A stretch of 64,000 nt of DNA. It comes from Felis catus. Taxonomy: Eukaryota. Positions within the stretch are counted from its first letter, which is position 1, and each line of letters begins with the position of its first letter. The position numbers and the translations under genes were made by a program. The notes below the pieces were generated by a model. It saw only the letters and a list, made by a program, of their open reading frames with translations, had not been told where the DNA came from and did no database searches. The DNA lies in contig NC_058373.1 of the NCBI RefSeq assembly GCF_018350175.1, positions 113,586,001 to 113,650,000 of the forward strand, read 5' to 3'. Positions 50,303 to 62,520 of the stretch are shown one piece after another.

Positions 50303-53300
50303 TTATAAAAATGTAGTTGTAAAATTAATTTGAATCACACCAATTTATAATATAGTCATATTAAAAAAATCAGCTATATTTATTCTAGTATGCCTTAAAA
50401 TATAGTTTTACATTAAAAGATAATTATAGTACTGTACTTTGTTACTACTAAACTGTATATTTAATAATTAAAAATTATTTAATCATAGGAATAACTCTAT
50501 GAGGATTCTTCTTCTTCTTTTTTTTAATAAATAAACTGTCTCAGAGATGTTTAGTAACATCCTTAGTGGGTGAACTAGTAACTAGTTCAAGAATTTCATC
50601 AGTGCAGTAAAGTTGTATTTGTGAACACCTACTATGTGCCAGTCAGGCTAAGCACTAGGCATGGTATAGTGGCCAAAACCGAACAGACACAGCTCTTACG
50701 AACCTTATAGATTATAAGATACTTGATAGAGTCCCTTTGAAATCTAAAGGACTGGGAGTAGATCATGAAGATACAAAGATGTATTTCAGAGTCATTGTGA
50801 TTGTTGGATAGACCAGGTAGCTTTTCACCAAAGAGAAAGATAGAATCATACCTAGCTTGAATGTATTACTATATTAAAATATTTATTTAGGTGTTCTCAT
50901 AGTAGTCAAGGGTAAAGCAAGACTTCCCTTGTGTAACCCTTAACAGTTAAATCATAAAATCAACAATAAAAAACAACACAAGCTAAACTGTCTTCCAGAT
51001 AAGAATCAGGAAGAGTAAGGAAAATATGAGTATATGAATGTCAAAATTTTCCATTGACTAAATGGTATTAAAATGTCTAAAGCAAGAAAGAAAGTGTCAT
51101 TCAGTAATGGGAGTCTGATAAAATAATGTGGTTTGTGCACAGTAAGACCATGATAACTTCTAGATGGCTTCAGTTGTACCATTTTGGTGAAATCTTTTGG
51201 TATATAACCAGGCCAGTGATACCTTAAATGGCCAAGTACCCCTTTCTTCTTGGGACATTTAACATTTTTCTGTTAGTTGATTTTCTTCAAAATGTTTCAC
51301 TCTGTTATTTTCCCAAATATGATCCCAAGCCCCTGTTGTTTTCCCAAATAATCCAAGCCCCTGTGATATAGGATGATAATGTAATTGATAAGGCAATAAA
51401 GACCAAGAGTTTTTATTTGGGAGATTACTTGGGAGATAAGACTCAATTCAACTTAAGAACATTCAGGTTTAAGATGTTTTTTGTAGAAAGGCAAATATTT
51501 GGTCTTAAAACAAAAAACTTTATCTTCATTTGTATAATATATCAGGCAGTCACTAACAGTTAACACTTAAATTACCTTGTGAATTAAGGTATTTATGATA
51601 ATGGAAAAATCTGCCTAAAAACAATGTCTTCAGTAAGATATTTTTTAAAAAACACTCTTTACTCTCTTATTTTCGAGAACTTGACATACTCCAGCAAAAC
51701 ATTACAACTATAGGAAACATGAAATTTTTCAGAAATGAATACTGATCATAAATAAATATGGCCACTGTGACAAAATTAAGTAAATAGCTGTCCTATCTGT
51801 TAAGGAAAAGCTCTCTGACTTTTGGAGTTATATCTAGAATAAGTAGTTAATTGGACATTTGGCTACTATTCCTATTGCATACCAGAGTCCAGATATACAT
51901 AATAATTTATTATAATCTACAGGAACTTAGCAGATAGGACCCTTTTTGAAAAATGGAGTCTCATGAAGCGTGGTTAGTTCTAGAATCATCCTAGGTTGAG
52001 TTTAGATTAGGGGACATTTTGAACTTCTTTGTTCATAGAAATGTTATCTCCTTATTTCTTACAAGACACAGTGAACTCTGGACATCTTCTGGAACAGAGT
52101 AGATGTAGTATAGATCTCTTGCAGTAGGAATTGGGGTCTGGAGATAGATGCTGCTCAACATGCAGTGGTACAGTATGTTTGCTTTTATGGCAAATTTGCT
52201 AACAGAATATGCAGTTGGTAGCCTGTGGTTTGTCCATTGAAATATAGTATCACTCATTTGGTCTAGAGCTGGATGAGGTTTGTAATAACAGTATCATCCG
52301 GATGTCAAAGGGCTTTTGGTCTTTTTCTTCTCTGGTAGTGTGCTATTATCAAGTGAAATTGTTATGAACATTTTCAGAAGAATAGAAATGTAAATTAAAT
52401 TATTTGTTAGCTAAAATGAGGTAACTACCTTTAGCATTTAAGGGAGAATCCATTTTTTTTTTCCCAAGGCTTATTGTCCTCTTGGTTTAAAAGGCTTGGG
52501 CAGAGTGAAGTAAGAATGGTTAAAGTTGAAATTGGGAAGTTGAAACCTGTCTCCTCTTGATCATATGATCACAAGTGTCACAAAAGAATGGGTCTCTTTA
52601 TCAAGGCAAATTTAGATATTAAATTATATTTCAACCATAGTAGCATTTTTTAACTTACGTAAACCATAATTGACTTTATACTTTTCTATTCTTTTGTGAG
52701 GTGATCTCTTGTGGCTGCAAAGTTGTTTATGGTTAGACCTGAAGATAACTTATTCTCATAAGGACACCTTCTATAACTTAGTGTTTATTTGCAAAATAAA
52801 CCACATTTCCCCCCATCCTATTAAAATGATGAAACCATTTTCTAGCACATGGAAACATTTCTGCCCCTCATGTTCTTTTGAGCAAATAACCCCATGTGAT
52901 TTACAAATGTTGGTAAAAGCAGTAGATGTTTCCAAAGGCTATTAGAATGGTCAAACTAGTATACAGGTATTTAAAATAAGTTCTTCATCAGATAAATCAG
53001 ATAAATAAATCTTCATCAGGATAAATGACGACCAGAATGAATAAAGTATTAGTCACTCTTTCCAGTGTTTTAATTCCAGAATTCCTTTAATTTTTGTTGC
53101 TACTGTAAGTTTTGTTGATCCTAAAATAATGGTATCATTACAAAAGATCATCTCCTCAGATAATCAAATGCTGCCCAAACCAAAGGTAGAAAATTCTCCC
53201 TGGCTTCATTCATAAAGAAAATGATAACTGGAATTTTAAAAATGTTCAAACTTTGTAAGTTTTCAGCAACACTGCATGCAATGAGATTTTGGGGAAAATG

Positions 53301-53444
53301 CAACTACAGAGCTCTCTGAGGATTCTAAAAGCAAAAATTTTTGTTATTGTTGTTTTGTTTTTTAGCATGGAACTATTTTTGAATGAGATGTTTTTGGGCA
53401 TTTTCAACTGAGTGTCCATAATTACACCAACTATTTTGTGAGAC

Positions 53445-55430
53445 TTCATTAATTCAGCACATATTCTAGTCCTATCTACTGTAGGACACCATGCTAAGCA
53501 TTGCAGAAGGAGAAAAATGATTAAGATTTTGTTTCTGTCCTCAGAGAACTTACTATTTAGTGAGGGAGAGAGCATAAATATACAAACATCTACAGAACAA
53601 AGCAGGAAGAACCATCTGAAAAGACTCTGTGGACAAGCCAGATCTCATCCTCTTATTAAGATGAATGCTTCGTGAAAGAGGGCTTATGAACTGGACGTTG
53701 TAGTACATGTAGGATTTGGACAGATTGAGATGGGGTTGGGGTAAGAGTTAGGCTTTTGGCAAAGATAAAAATGTGAGCAAAGATGGAGCAGAGGTGGAGA
53801 TGTGGAGTTATTTAGGAACAGGGAGTAGCTGAGGTAGGATGAAGTATAGATTTTATGGAAGAGAGTGGTGGGAGATAAAATGGGAAGTGAAGCCTGGAGC
53901 CAGGTCATGGAAGGTTTTAAAAGTTAACTGAAGAGGGGCACCTGGGTGGCTTGGTTGGTTAAGTGTCCAACTCTTGATTTCTGCTCAGGTCTTGATCTCA
54001 CGGTTTATGAGTTCAAGCCTCACATTGGGCTCTGCACTGATGGCATGGAGCCTGCTTGGGATACTGTCTCCCTCTTTCTGTCCCTCCCCTGCTTGCTCTC
54101 TGTCTCTCTCAAAATAAATAAAAATAAACTTAAAAAAATTAACTGGAGATTTTGAACTTTATTTTCTAGGCAGTGGAGACTCCATGAGGCTTTTAAGCAG
54201 CAACAGGATAGGAGCCAATAGCTGTGCTTTAACTTGATTAACTGGAAGAATACAACAGAGTAGGGAGAAACTAGAACTAAGAAGTGAAATTAAGAGGCCA
54301 ATGCAGAGACCCAGATTACATATAATAAGGGCCTGACGTAAGTAAGGTATGGGAGTGGAAATGGAAGAGAAAGGAGAAACAATTGGTAGGCAGAATCAGC
54401 AGAACTGAGCAATGATTGGATGTGAGCAAAAAAGGAAAAGAGAATTTGAGGGAAGATTTTCATCTGGGTAACTAGGGCAGTGGTGATACCATTAACAAAA
54501 ACAGGAATATGAGGAGGAGGAGCTGACTTGGGGAATTAACAAAGATTAATAAGTGCTTGAGATGAATGTATATGGGGCATTTTGTTTTCTTTTACAAAAA
54601 TGGTAAAGGAGGAGAAAGAAACAGGAAGAGAAGATTAAAGAGGAAACCTTAAGGAATACATACCTTTTGAGGTTTGAATAGAAGAAAAGAAGTTAGCAAG
54701 AGTGGTCAAAAAGGAAAGAGGTCTATCAAGAGGTCTCTCTTATGCTGTGTCACCCTGTGTTACTGAGGCTGCAGTAACTGTCCTTGCAGTCTCTACTGTC
54801 CTCCCCCAAAGCCTTTCCACTTACAGTGAATGGCCTTTTTGCCAAAGAACTGTGCCCTCACCCAACCCCAACCCCGAATTTTTGGGAAATCAGTTACAAT
54901 AGCTCTCTAACTTGAGTTAACTCCATTGTTCTATTTAAACATCACAGAAGCCGTTATGACTGATAATCAACAGAATGGTATGAGGAATCAGAGGCTTGCA
55001 GTCTTAGTGCCAAGGTTATAGTGTCATTCCTGAGCTCATCGAATAGGTGAGATTCTTTGGGCTAATTTTCCCACTTGGGATGGACCCAGTGAGTCTGTTG
55101 CTTCTTTTCCTGTGTCTCATGAGTGAGGGAAATGATCATAGGCATTTTGTTGGTGTAGGTGCAGGCTGTCATGTTTGCTCTCTGTACCAGCATGTTATTT
55201 GGAAACAAGAGGTGAAAAAATTTTAGTGAAAGTTTAGTCTGAAGTGTCGTACACTCCACAGAGGAGGAAATGAATGAGGATTAAAAAAGACCCCTGGGTT
55301 TGGTGGTTTTGAGATTACAGATGGCCTTTGAGAAGATAGTACAGTGATATGGGTGGAAAAATCCAGGAAGTTAAAGACCTTATAAAAATGAATTTAACTA
55401 TTGTAAACTACTCTTTCAAGGTTTAGGAGA
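53445..55430 (-). mobile_element. Degraded L2 (L2b/c-like), interrupted by a SINE
   Basis: ttcattaattcagcacatatt 3' end, plus ctgtcctcagagaacttact, gaactttattttctaggcagtggag and ctgggtaactagggcagtggtgataccattaac. Confidence 0.7.
53935..54135 (+). mobile_element. CanSINE
   Basis: ggggcacctgggtggctt... TSD aaaa(g/a)ttaactg(a/g)aga. Confidence 0.94.
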
Positions 55431-56599
55431 TGTATGGGAGTAGAGAAATGAAATGTTAGTCATAGAAGGACTAAGGTGAAAGGAAGGCTTGTTTCCTTCT
55501 TCATCTTTTTTTGTTTTTGTTTTTGTTTTTGTTTTTGTTTTAATGGGAAAATAAACATCTTTGTAGGCAGAGGTAAAGGAGAGGAGCCTTTAGAGAAGTA
55601 GAGAGAAGGTACTGGGGATAGAGAGTCGATCACTGAGTGACAGATCCTGGAGTCTGGAAGCAAGGAGATCAAGTATATAGGTTGAGGTATTGACATTGGG
55701 AGGGAATATTTAGAGATCAGAGGTAAAGGAGGACAAAAGATGGGTAAAGGTACAGGGGAGCTTCCTGCTAGAGAGGACAGATGCTGAGAGAGGATATTCC
55801 ACATGACCTCAGACATCTCATTAAGAAAAGTAAGGCCATTTGCTAGGACTGAGGAGAAAGAGGGAGGAGAAAAGATGGGGCCGGGGTAGTTGTAGTGAGA
55901 AGTAGTTAAAAGGAGATGAGTTACAGTGAAGACACAATTGAGGATAGTTAATTTTATTTTTGCCTTTCTCTAGTAAAATAATAATTCTTCCCCTTCTCGT
56001 CCTCCTTGTCCTCCTCGTCCTCCTCGTCGTCCTCCTCCTCCTTTTGCTTAAAAGGACAGAAGAAAATTCCATGAAAGTCTGTACTCAGAAATGTGAAGAA
56101 TTTTGTTGTCAGCTAGTTAATACTGATGCACATATCTTGGATCTAGAAATATAAATGATGATGGTACTGTTATTGCTTATGCCTGGATCACAAAAAAAAA
56201 ACAATATACACTTAGGACTTGAAGAAGGTACTTTCAAATAGTATAAGAAAACAGAATCTCTTTGGGGACTAAGAGTTTGTTCTAGGAATGTAGCTTGGAA
56301 TTTTGCCACACATATCTTTTCTGTCACTCAGTGGCTGGTTTTGCATGACACAGTGTCTGCCTCCTCTTGTTTCTGATTTCTTCTGTTTCATAGGAAAGAT
56401 ATTTTTCTAGGTTTGGAAATACACCAAATCAAGAAACAGGCTAATATGTAAAAGATGTTTGATTCAATCCAAGAAGACTTTTAATTTTCAGAATTTGTTA
56501 TTGTAAAAGTAAAACATTATATATAGATATTGCTGATAGTTAAGAAAAGTGAGGCATTAAATTCTATGTGGCTAACACGAATTGTATTTAATGAACTTG

Positions 56600-56849
56600 A
56601 CAAACATCTATAGAACAAAGCAGACTTGAATCATCTGAGAGGACTGTGTAGATAAGAGAGATCCCATTCTTTTTTGTAAAGGTGAATGCTTCATGAAGGA
56701 GGGGCATGTGAGCTAGACATTGTAGTACATGTAGATTTTGGACAGATTATGATGGCACTGGGGTAAGAGTTAGGCTTTTGGCAAAGAAAATAGTGTGAGC
56801 AAAGTTGGAGCAGAGGTGAAGATGTGGAGATGTGGTACATATTTAGGAA
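56600..56849 (+). repeat. Diverged direct copy of 53582-53818
   Basis: Shared blocks acaaacatcta, ttgtagtacatgtag and tggggtaagagttaggcttttggcaaaga. Confidence 0.93.
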
Positions 56850-57289
56850 GCGACTTTCCTTAATTCCTTTTCTGAAAGTAAAGACTTCAGGTAGCTGCTT
56901 GATACTAGAGAGGACAATCAGTTCAGATAACACACATAACTTCTTTTTTTGTTCTGTTTTCTTTAATGGTAGTTGTCTGTTTTTTAGTTTTACCTGCTAT
57001 TTTTAAACTGGAAAGAAGAAAAAGAGACACAAACGTCTTTAAATTTGACCAACTAGTATCATCATTCAGTTAAACTGAACATTGTTTTTAAAATACCTAC
57101 TGTATATAAGAAGATGATGAACAAGATAAAATTCCTAACCTCAAAAAGTACATAGTCTGTTAAGAGAAATTTCACTTTGGAAATTTTAATCGTTTGAGCA
57201 GAATAATTTTAACTGAAAGTTCAATGTGTTAAATGGTATAAGCAAATCAAATCATACATAATAGTTTATATTCTCATTGATATTCTAGA

Positions 57290-57473
57290 GCTGTAATATG
57301 TTAGTGATAGCCACATGTGGCTTTAAAAATGAATGAAAATTAAATACAATTAAAAATTTAGTTACACTGTTTACATTTCAAGCACTCAATAGCCACACCA
57401 ATGGCTATCGTATTGAACAACACAGATATTTGAATATTTTCATTATTGCAGAAAACTCTGTTGGGTGATGCTG
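57290..57473 (-). mobile_element. MER3 hAT MITE
   Basis: tagccacatgtggct...acatttcaagcactcaatagccaca...cacagata...attgcagaaaactct. TSD-like ttctagag / ctctggag. Confidence 0.8.
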
Positions 57474-57527
57474 CTCTGGAGGTATAGAACATATTTTAAT
57501 TGTTTTTGGTCAGGTTATTGCCTTGGT

Positions 57528-57900
57528 CATTTCATTTCTTCAACAAAACTTTATTAAGTGTCTACCATGTTCCAGGTGTTGTGCTAATTCCAGGTGATAA
57601 TGAGAAGTCCTAGTTCCTGCCTACGTGGCTCTCTCAGTCTTGTGGAGGTAGATATAAGTTAATTGGTGAATAAAATAGGATGTTGAAAGTGCCACTCTAG
57701 AAGGAGAAATCCAGGAGGCTGTGAACATATATAAAGTACAGAAGCAAAACTGAAGGTTTATTTTGAGGAAAAGGTGAGTAGGTGTTGGTTAAAGTTGGAG
57801 AGAGTGCGTGAAAGGATGATCCAAGCACTGGAAAGCACTTTGGTATAAAAAAACATGACACACACATTTGAGGTACTGAAAGATGTTCCCTGTGACTAGA
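57528..57900 (-). mobile_element. L2 fragment
   Basis: catttcttcaacaaaactttattaagtgtctaccatgttccagg...gttcctgcct. Confidence 0.65.
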
Positions 57901-59663
57901 GCCCAGATAGTCTGTAAGGTCTTTTAATTTGGAGTGTTTTAATGATGTAGTTAAAATATTTAAAGAACAGTCTCCCTTCTATTTTGAATCTGAAGGGAAG
58001 AGGTTTCCTGGTCCTTCTCACTATTTAGGGAGCTTGTATTTGTAGATCCCACAGTTAGAGGAGGACAAGAAAAGGTGAAAAGAAGGGAAATTGGAGAAAA
58101 GGAAAAAGGAAATGAGAATGGTTAGAGGAAATTTCAGAGAAATAAAACAGGTAACATTTGCTGGGGAATAACAATACTATTTGTGTAACACATTCCCTAT
58201 CTCTAGTCAAAATTTCAGATCAACTGTTTCAAAAGTTCATGTTCCAAATGGTTAAGTTGGTATCATCAAGTATATTATGCAAGGATATTTTTTATAAGGG
58301 ATTTAAAAATTGAATTTCTATCCTGATTCAATTCATTAGAAATTATCATCTAATTTTCTGTGCTATATTTTCATGAGCCTCTGCACTTACAGCGAATGCA
58401 ACCTGGAGGATTTCATTGTTCCATTTTTATAGGGCAACAGCAGATAGTCACTGTAGTTTAAAACCTAAGGTTACACAAGCAGTCAGAGAGAGAGTAGGAT
58501 CAGGACACAAAAGAAACGTATCTTTACTCAGCGCTCACTAATTCCAGAGATTATTCTGTGTATTGTACAGAGTACATTACACATAATAAATCTCTCACAT
58601 TTTGTAAATATTTAGCTGTTGTTGATTTATTTCTGCTCTACTGGCAGTCGTCAAGTCTCTGTTCTACATTGTGAAAGTCTGTTTACATCTCGGTGTCGCC
58701 ATCATCTGCTCTAGCATGGAGGCTTCTGGAAGGCAGGGATCATATCTGTTTATTTAGCATAATGCTTAGCAAAGAGCTCTGTACATTAAGCTTTATTTTT
58801 ATTTGATGATGATGATTTTCTTTATGCATTTCTTCCCTTCCCTTTCTTTAGATTGGCCAAACCTTCTGATAACTATTCATGCAGTAGAACACAAGAGAGG
58901 TGAAATTAACTGAATGCCTAGTCATTCTGGGCAGCAGAATGTCTCACACAACTATATGAGGTCTTATGCCACCACAAAGAGGTATCCTCTTGTAAAAAGA
59001 TGAAAAATACAGAGAAGCCACCCACGTTGGTTTTCATGAAGGAAAAATTTGGTGTCTAGTTTTACCACCAAGTGCTTGTCAAATAAACTTCATGTGAAAT
59101 CAAGACTGAATACAGTAAACAGGAAATTTGGATAAAAGCTATAGTGAAAAAGTATTCCTTTTTATTTTTATCCCTATTCTTACTTGGGACAGGCTTCTGG
59201 AATAGTGTTGGAGGACTGAATGCAAATTTGATGAAATAGAGCTGGAGCAAAGTGAATAAGGTCTCAATACTTTTTGAAGATGCTCCAGCTCTTATTTTAG
59301 TAAAAACAAGTTTTACTAATGTATCCTCTTTCAAAATGTTCATCTATTTTCACTTGCATTGCTAAATTGTAAAATTTTTAAATGCAATTTGTAAATTGTA
59401 AAATGACTTTGGGCATCCAAAGTTATTATGTGAACACAGTTATGACGTCAGTTTTCTTTGTTAGAATTTTCCAGACACTAAAAAGAAATTTCCCAGACTG
59501 ATAAGGGGGGGTTTTTAATATTTTCTTGAAAACCTATCTTTTGCCCCTTACCTTGCCTTTTCTGGTCTTTCTTTAAATTTATCATGACTTTTTCTATTAT
59601 ATTTCAAGGAAGCTGCAGAGGTTACTTGCTACGTCTTTTATTGTAGTCAGTTTTCAAGTCACT

Positions 59664-59882
59664 TTAAAAAAATTTTTTTAATGTTTATTTATTTTTGAAA
59701 GAGACAGAGAGAGAGTGTGAGCTGGGGAGGGGCAGAGAGAGAGGGAGACACAGAATTTGAAGCAGGCTCTAGGCTCTGAGCTGTCAGCACTGAGCCTGAC
59801 TTGGGATTCGCAATCAGGAGCTCTGAGATCATGACCTGAGCTGAAGTCAGCTGCTTAACCGACAGAGTCACCCAGGCACCCC
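59664..59882 (-). mobile_element. CanSINE (Fc2-like)
   Basis: Typical body. TSD tcaagtcacttt. Confidence 0.95.
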
Positions 59883-61569
59883 TCAAGTCACTTTTTTTAA
59901 ATTGACCTATTATAAATCACATTTCTTGTATACTTGATTTCTAGATTCTTCATTTTTATGCTTTATTCTATAACCTATTAAGGTTTACATGTGTAAAATA
60001 GCAATCAGTTGCCAATGTTATCAATTCTGAAATTTAGATTATGAGTTTTCAACTTCCATGATGTTCCTGTTTTATTCCCCTGGGTTTCTTTGGTCAGTAC
60101 TTTATTTATTTATTTTTTTAAATTTGGCTTTGAAAAATAAAGATAGCCCAGGGATAAATATATCTCTAAGTGTTATTAGATAGTTAATGATTAGTTTATA
60201 AAGCAGTAAAGAATTATCATGCTGTATCTTCTTTCTAGTATGTATGTGTGTATATATATATTTTTTGACAGCTAACGTTTTTTTACCAATTATGTATTTG
60301 TCCATTCCTACCGAGAATGAGACCATCTTTGTAAAATTACTTTATAAATTTTATATAAAAGTGCAAATATGAAGTTAATACTTTTTAATAAGCATATAAA
60401 TATATTACTTGACAGAAATAAATACTGTTCATCCATTGAGTAGATGAATATGAAGAATCAAGTTCAGAGAAGTTAAATGATTGGTAGGAGCTGAGACTCA
60501 AATTCGGGAATAGCTTGATTCCATTTCACTAGGCCTTTTTATGATATCATTTTATTTCTTCCTAAAAAATTCAGATATTTTGTGATTCTTTTTTATAAAT
60601 TACATTTTTTTAACTATCAGTGAAGGTTCTTATTTTTCCAGCTCAATGTTTCAGAAGATTCTATAATTTTTATCTTTTGTTTAAAAAAATTGCTTTTGTT
60701 CCAGGACCCTGTCCCAAAATTTTAGGAATTTGATGGTATCAGAGTTAATGTAAGTATAGCAATATACCCACGATATAGCAAAGAAGAAATAAATTTAAGA
60801 GAAATATATTTTCAAAAACAGTGGATAGAGCCTAGACATATTAATCAATAGCTTTCCAGACTCTGAGAGGAATTTCTTTTCTAGATAGAGTTTTGATGGA
60901 AAAGTCATCTGAGATCTATACTTGCTTAACCTCTGAAACAGAACAAAATCAGTCAGAAAGAAAGTAGGAGTGGTTTTCACTCATATCCACTGTGCATCTC
61001 TGTCTACGATATAGATTATATGCTGGTCATCTGATAGCTCACACAGTTTACTTTCCTATCTTTCAAACACTACAACTACACATTAACTTGAGGAAGAATG
61101 TTATTCTTGGAAAGTTATACATTTTGGATCATTGAGATAAAGATGGTTAAGCTGTGGCTGGATATTTCAGTTCTATAGCTATCTTGTCAGAAGCAAACAT
61201 CTTGGAAAGAGCACAGCAGAATTAAAGGATACAATCCTACCAATAACTTGCTTAGACAAATTATTTCACCTATTATTTTCCAGTATCTTTTTCTAGAAAT
61301 ACAGTTTTTCCCTAAAAATACATATATGATATTTACATATATGTGTATGTGTCTATCAATATCAGTGTGCAAGTAATAGATATGTTCACTGTGGAAAAAA
61401 TTTAGGAAATCTAGATAGGGGAAAAGTTAAAAAAAAATCACTACTACAGAGAGCTATTAAAATTTTGGTGTACCGCCTTTTGGGCTTTTATAGTACATGT
61501 ATATTATACACACACAAATAAAATCACACACAATATACAGATAGAAATAAATTTTTAAAAGTTCATATT

Positions 61570-62520
61570 GATAAAAAATGAGATTATAGAGCTAAGGAAA
61601 CAAATTAAGGACTAGAACAGCACTGTTGAAGAACTAATAAGTGATACAGAACCAGTAGGGAATAGAAGAGAGGTGGCTCAAAATTTAATGGCTTGGAGCA
61701 AAAGCTGGAAATACTCACCATAAACACAGAGGGGTAAAAGAAAGGTTAAAGCAAATTGGTTAACAATGATAGATGAGATACAAAGAAGAGTCAAGAAAAA
61801 GATTACTGGTGTCTGTGAGGAAGAGAACCCTACAAATGGGACTAAAAAAGTATTTAGAAAATTGATAGAGTGAAACTTCACTGAAGTGAAAAACTGAATT
61901 TGCAGATCGAAAAGTTACTTTGAATACTGACATTAGTAAAAAAAAGAATCAGTATCAACTTATATTCTGATTGTTACTGAAGAAAGACTCCTTCAGTCAT
62001 TCATGCAAAAGCAAAAGTCATCTCCAAAGGAGAAAACTAGACTGTTCTCAGATTTCTCCACAACAGAGTGCAACACTGGAAGAACAGTATCAACAAAGTG
62101 TTTTCTCTTTCTTTCTTTCTTTTTTCTTTTCTTCCTTTTTTATTTCTTGAGAGACAGCATGCAGGAGCAGGGGAGGGACAGAGGGAGAGGGAGGGGGAGA
62201 GAATCTTAAGCAGGCTCCATGGTCAACGCCAGCACAGAGCCCAGTGTGGGGCTAGATCTCACAACTGTGAGATCAAGAACTGAGCTGAAATCAAGAGTTG
62301 GATGCTCAACTGACTGAGCCATCCAGATGCCCCAACAAAGTGCTGATAAAAGAAGGTATGACTCAAAGTATGACCCAAGAGCATTGTATCTAGCTAGCCA
62401 TGTTGTTTCTGAGGAATAAAGGCAATAGGCATATAAATCCTCAAATATGAAAAAATCTAGAGAATATAGCATCTGTGAGATCTTTCTGAAAAATGTACTT
62501 GTTAAAATGGAGTCAACCAA
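61570..62520 (+). mobile_element. Old L1M/HAL1 ORF1-region fossil, interrupted by a SINE
   Basis: Remnants ITGVCEEE and TRLFSDFSTT resemble L1 ORF1p motifs (IIGVPEGE; IRL.ADFS). Confidence 0.65.
62101..62333 (-). mobile_element. CanSINE
   Basis: Typical body. TSD caacaaagtg. Confidence 0.93.

Noticed and set aside
55821..56154. Arg-rich (protamine-like) and Leu-rich (signal-peptide-like) ORFs
   Set aside because: Both come from a degenerate (CCT/CGT)n tract at ~55995-56041, with no other gene evidence.
58830..58905. Strong polypyrimidine acceptor with a possible short exon
   Set aside because: Weak donor, no recognisable peptide, and such sites are common in introns.
3311..62520. Many ORFs like MAQSVKRPT..AQVMIS / GSVLTAQSLEPASDSVSPSLS
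   Set aside because: These are chance read-throughs of CanSINE copies, not a protein family.
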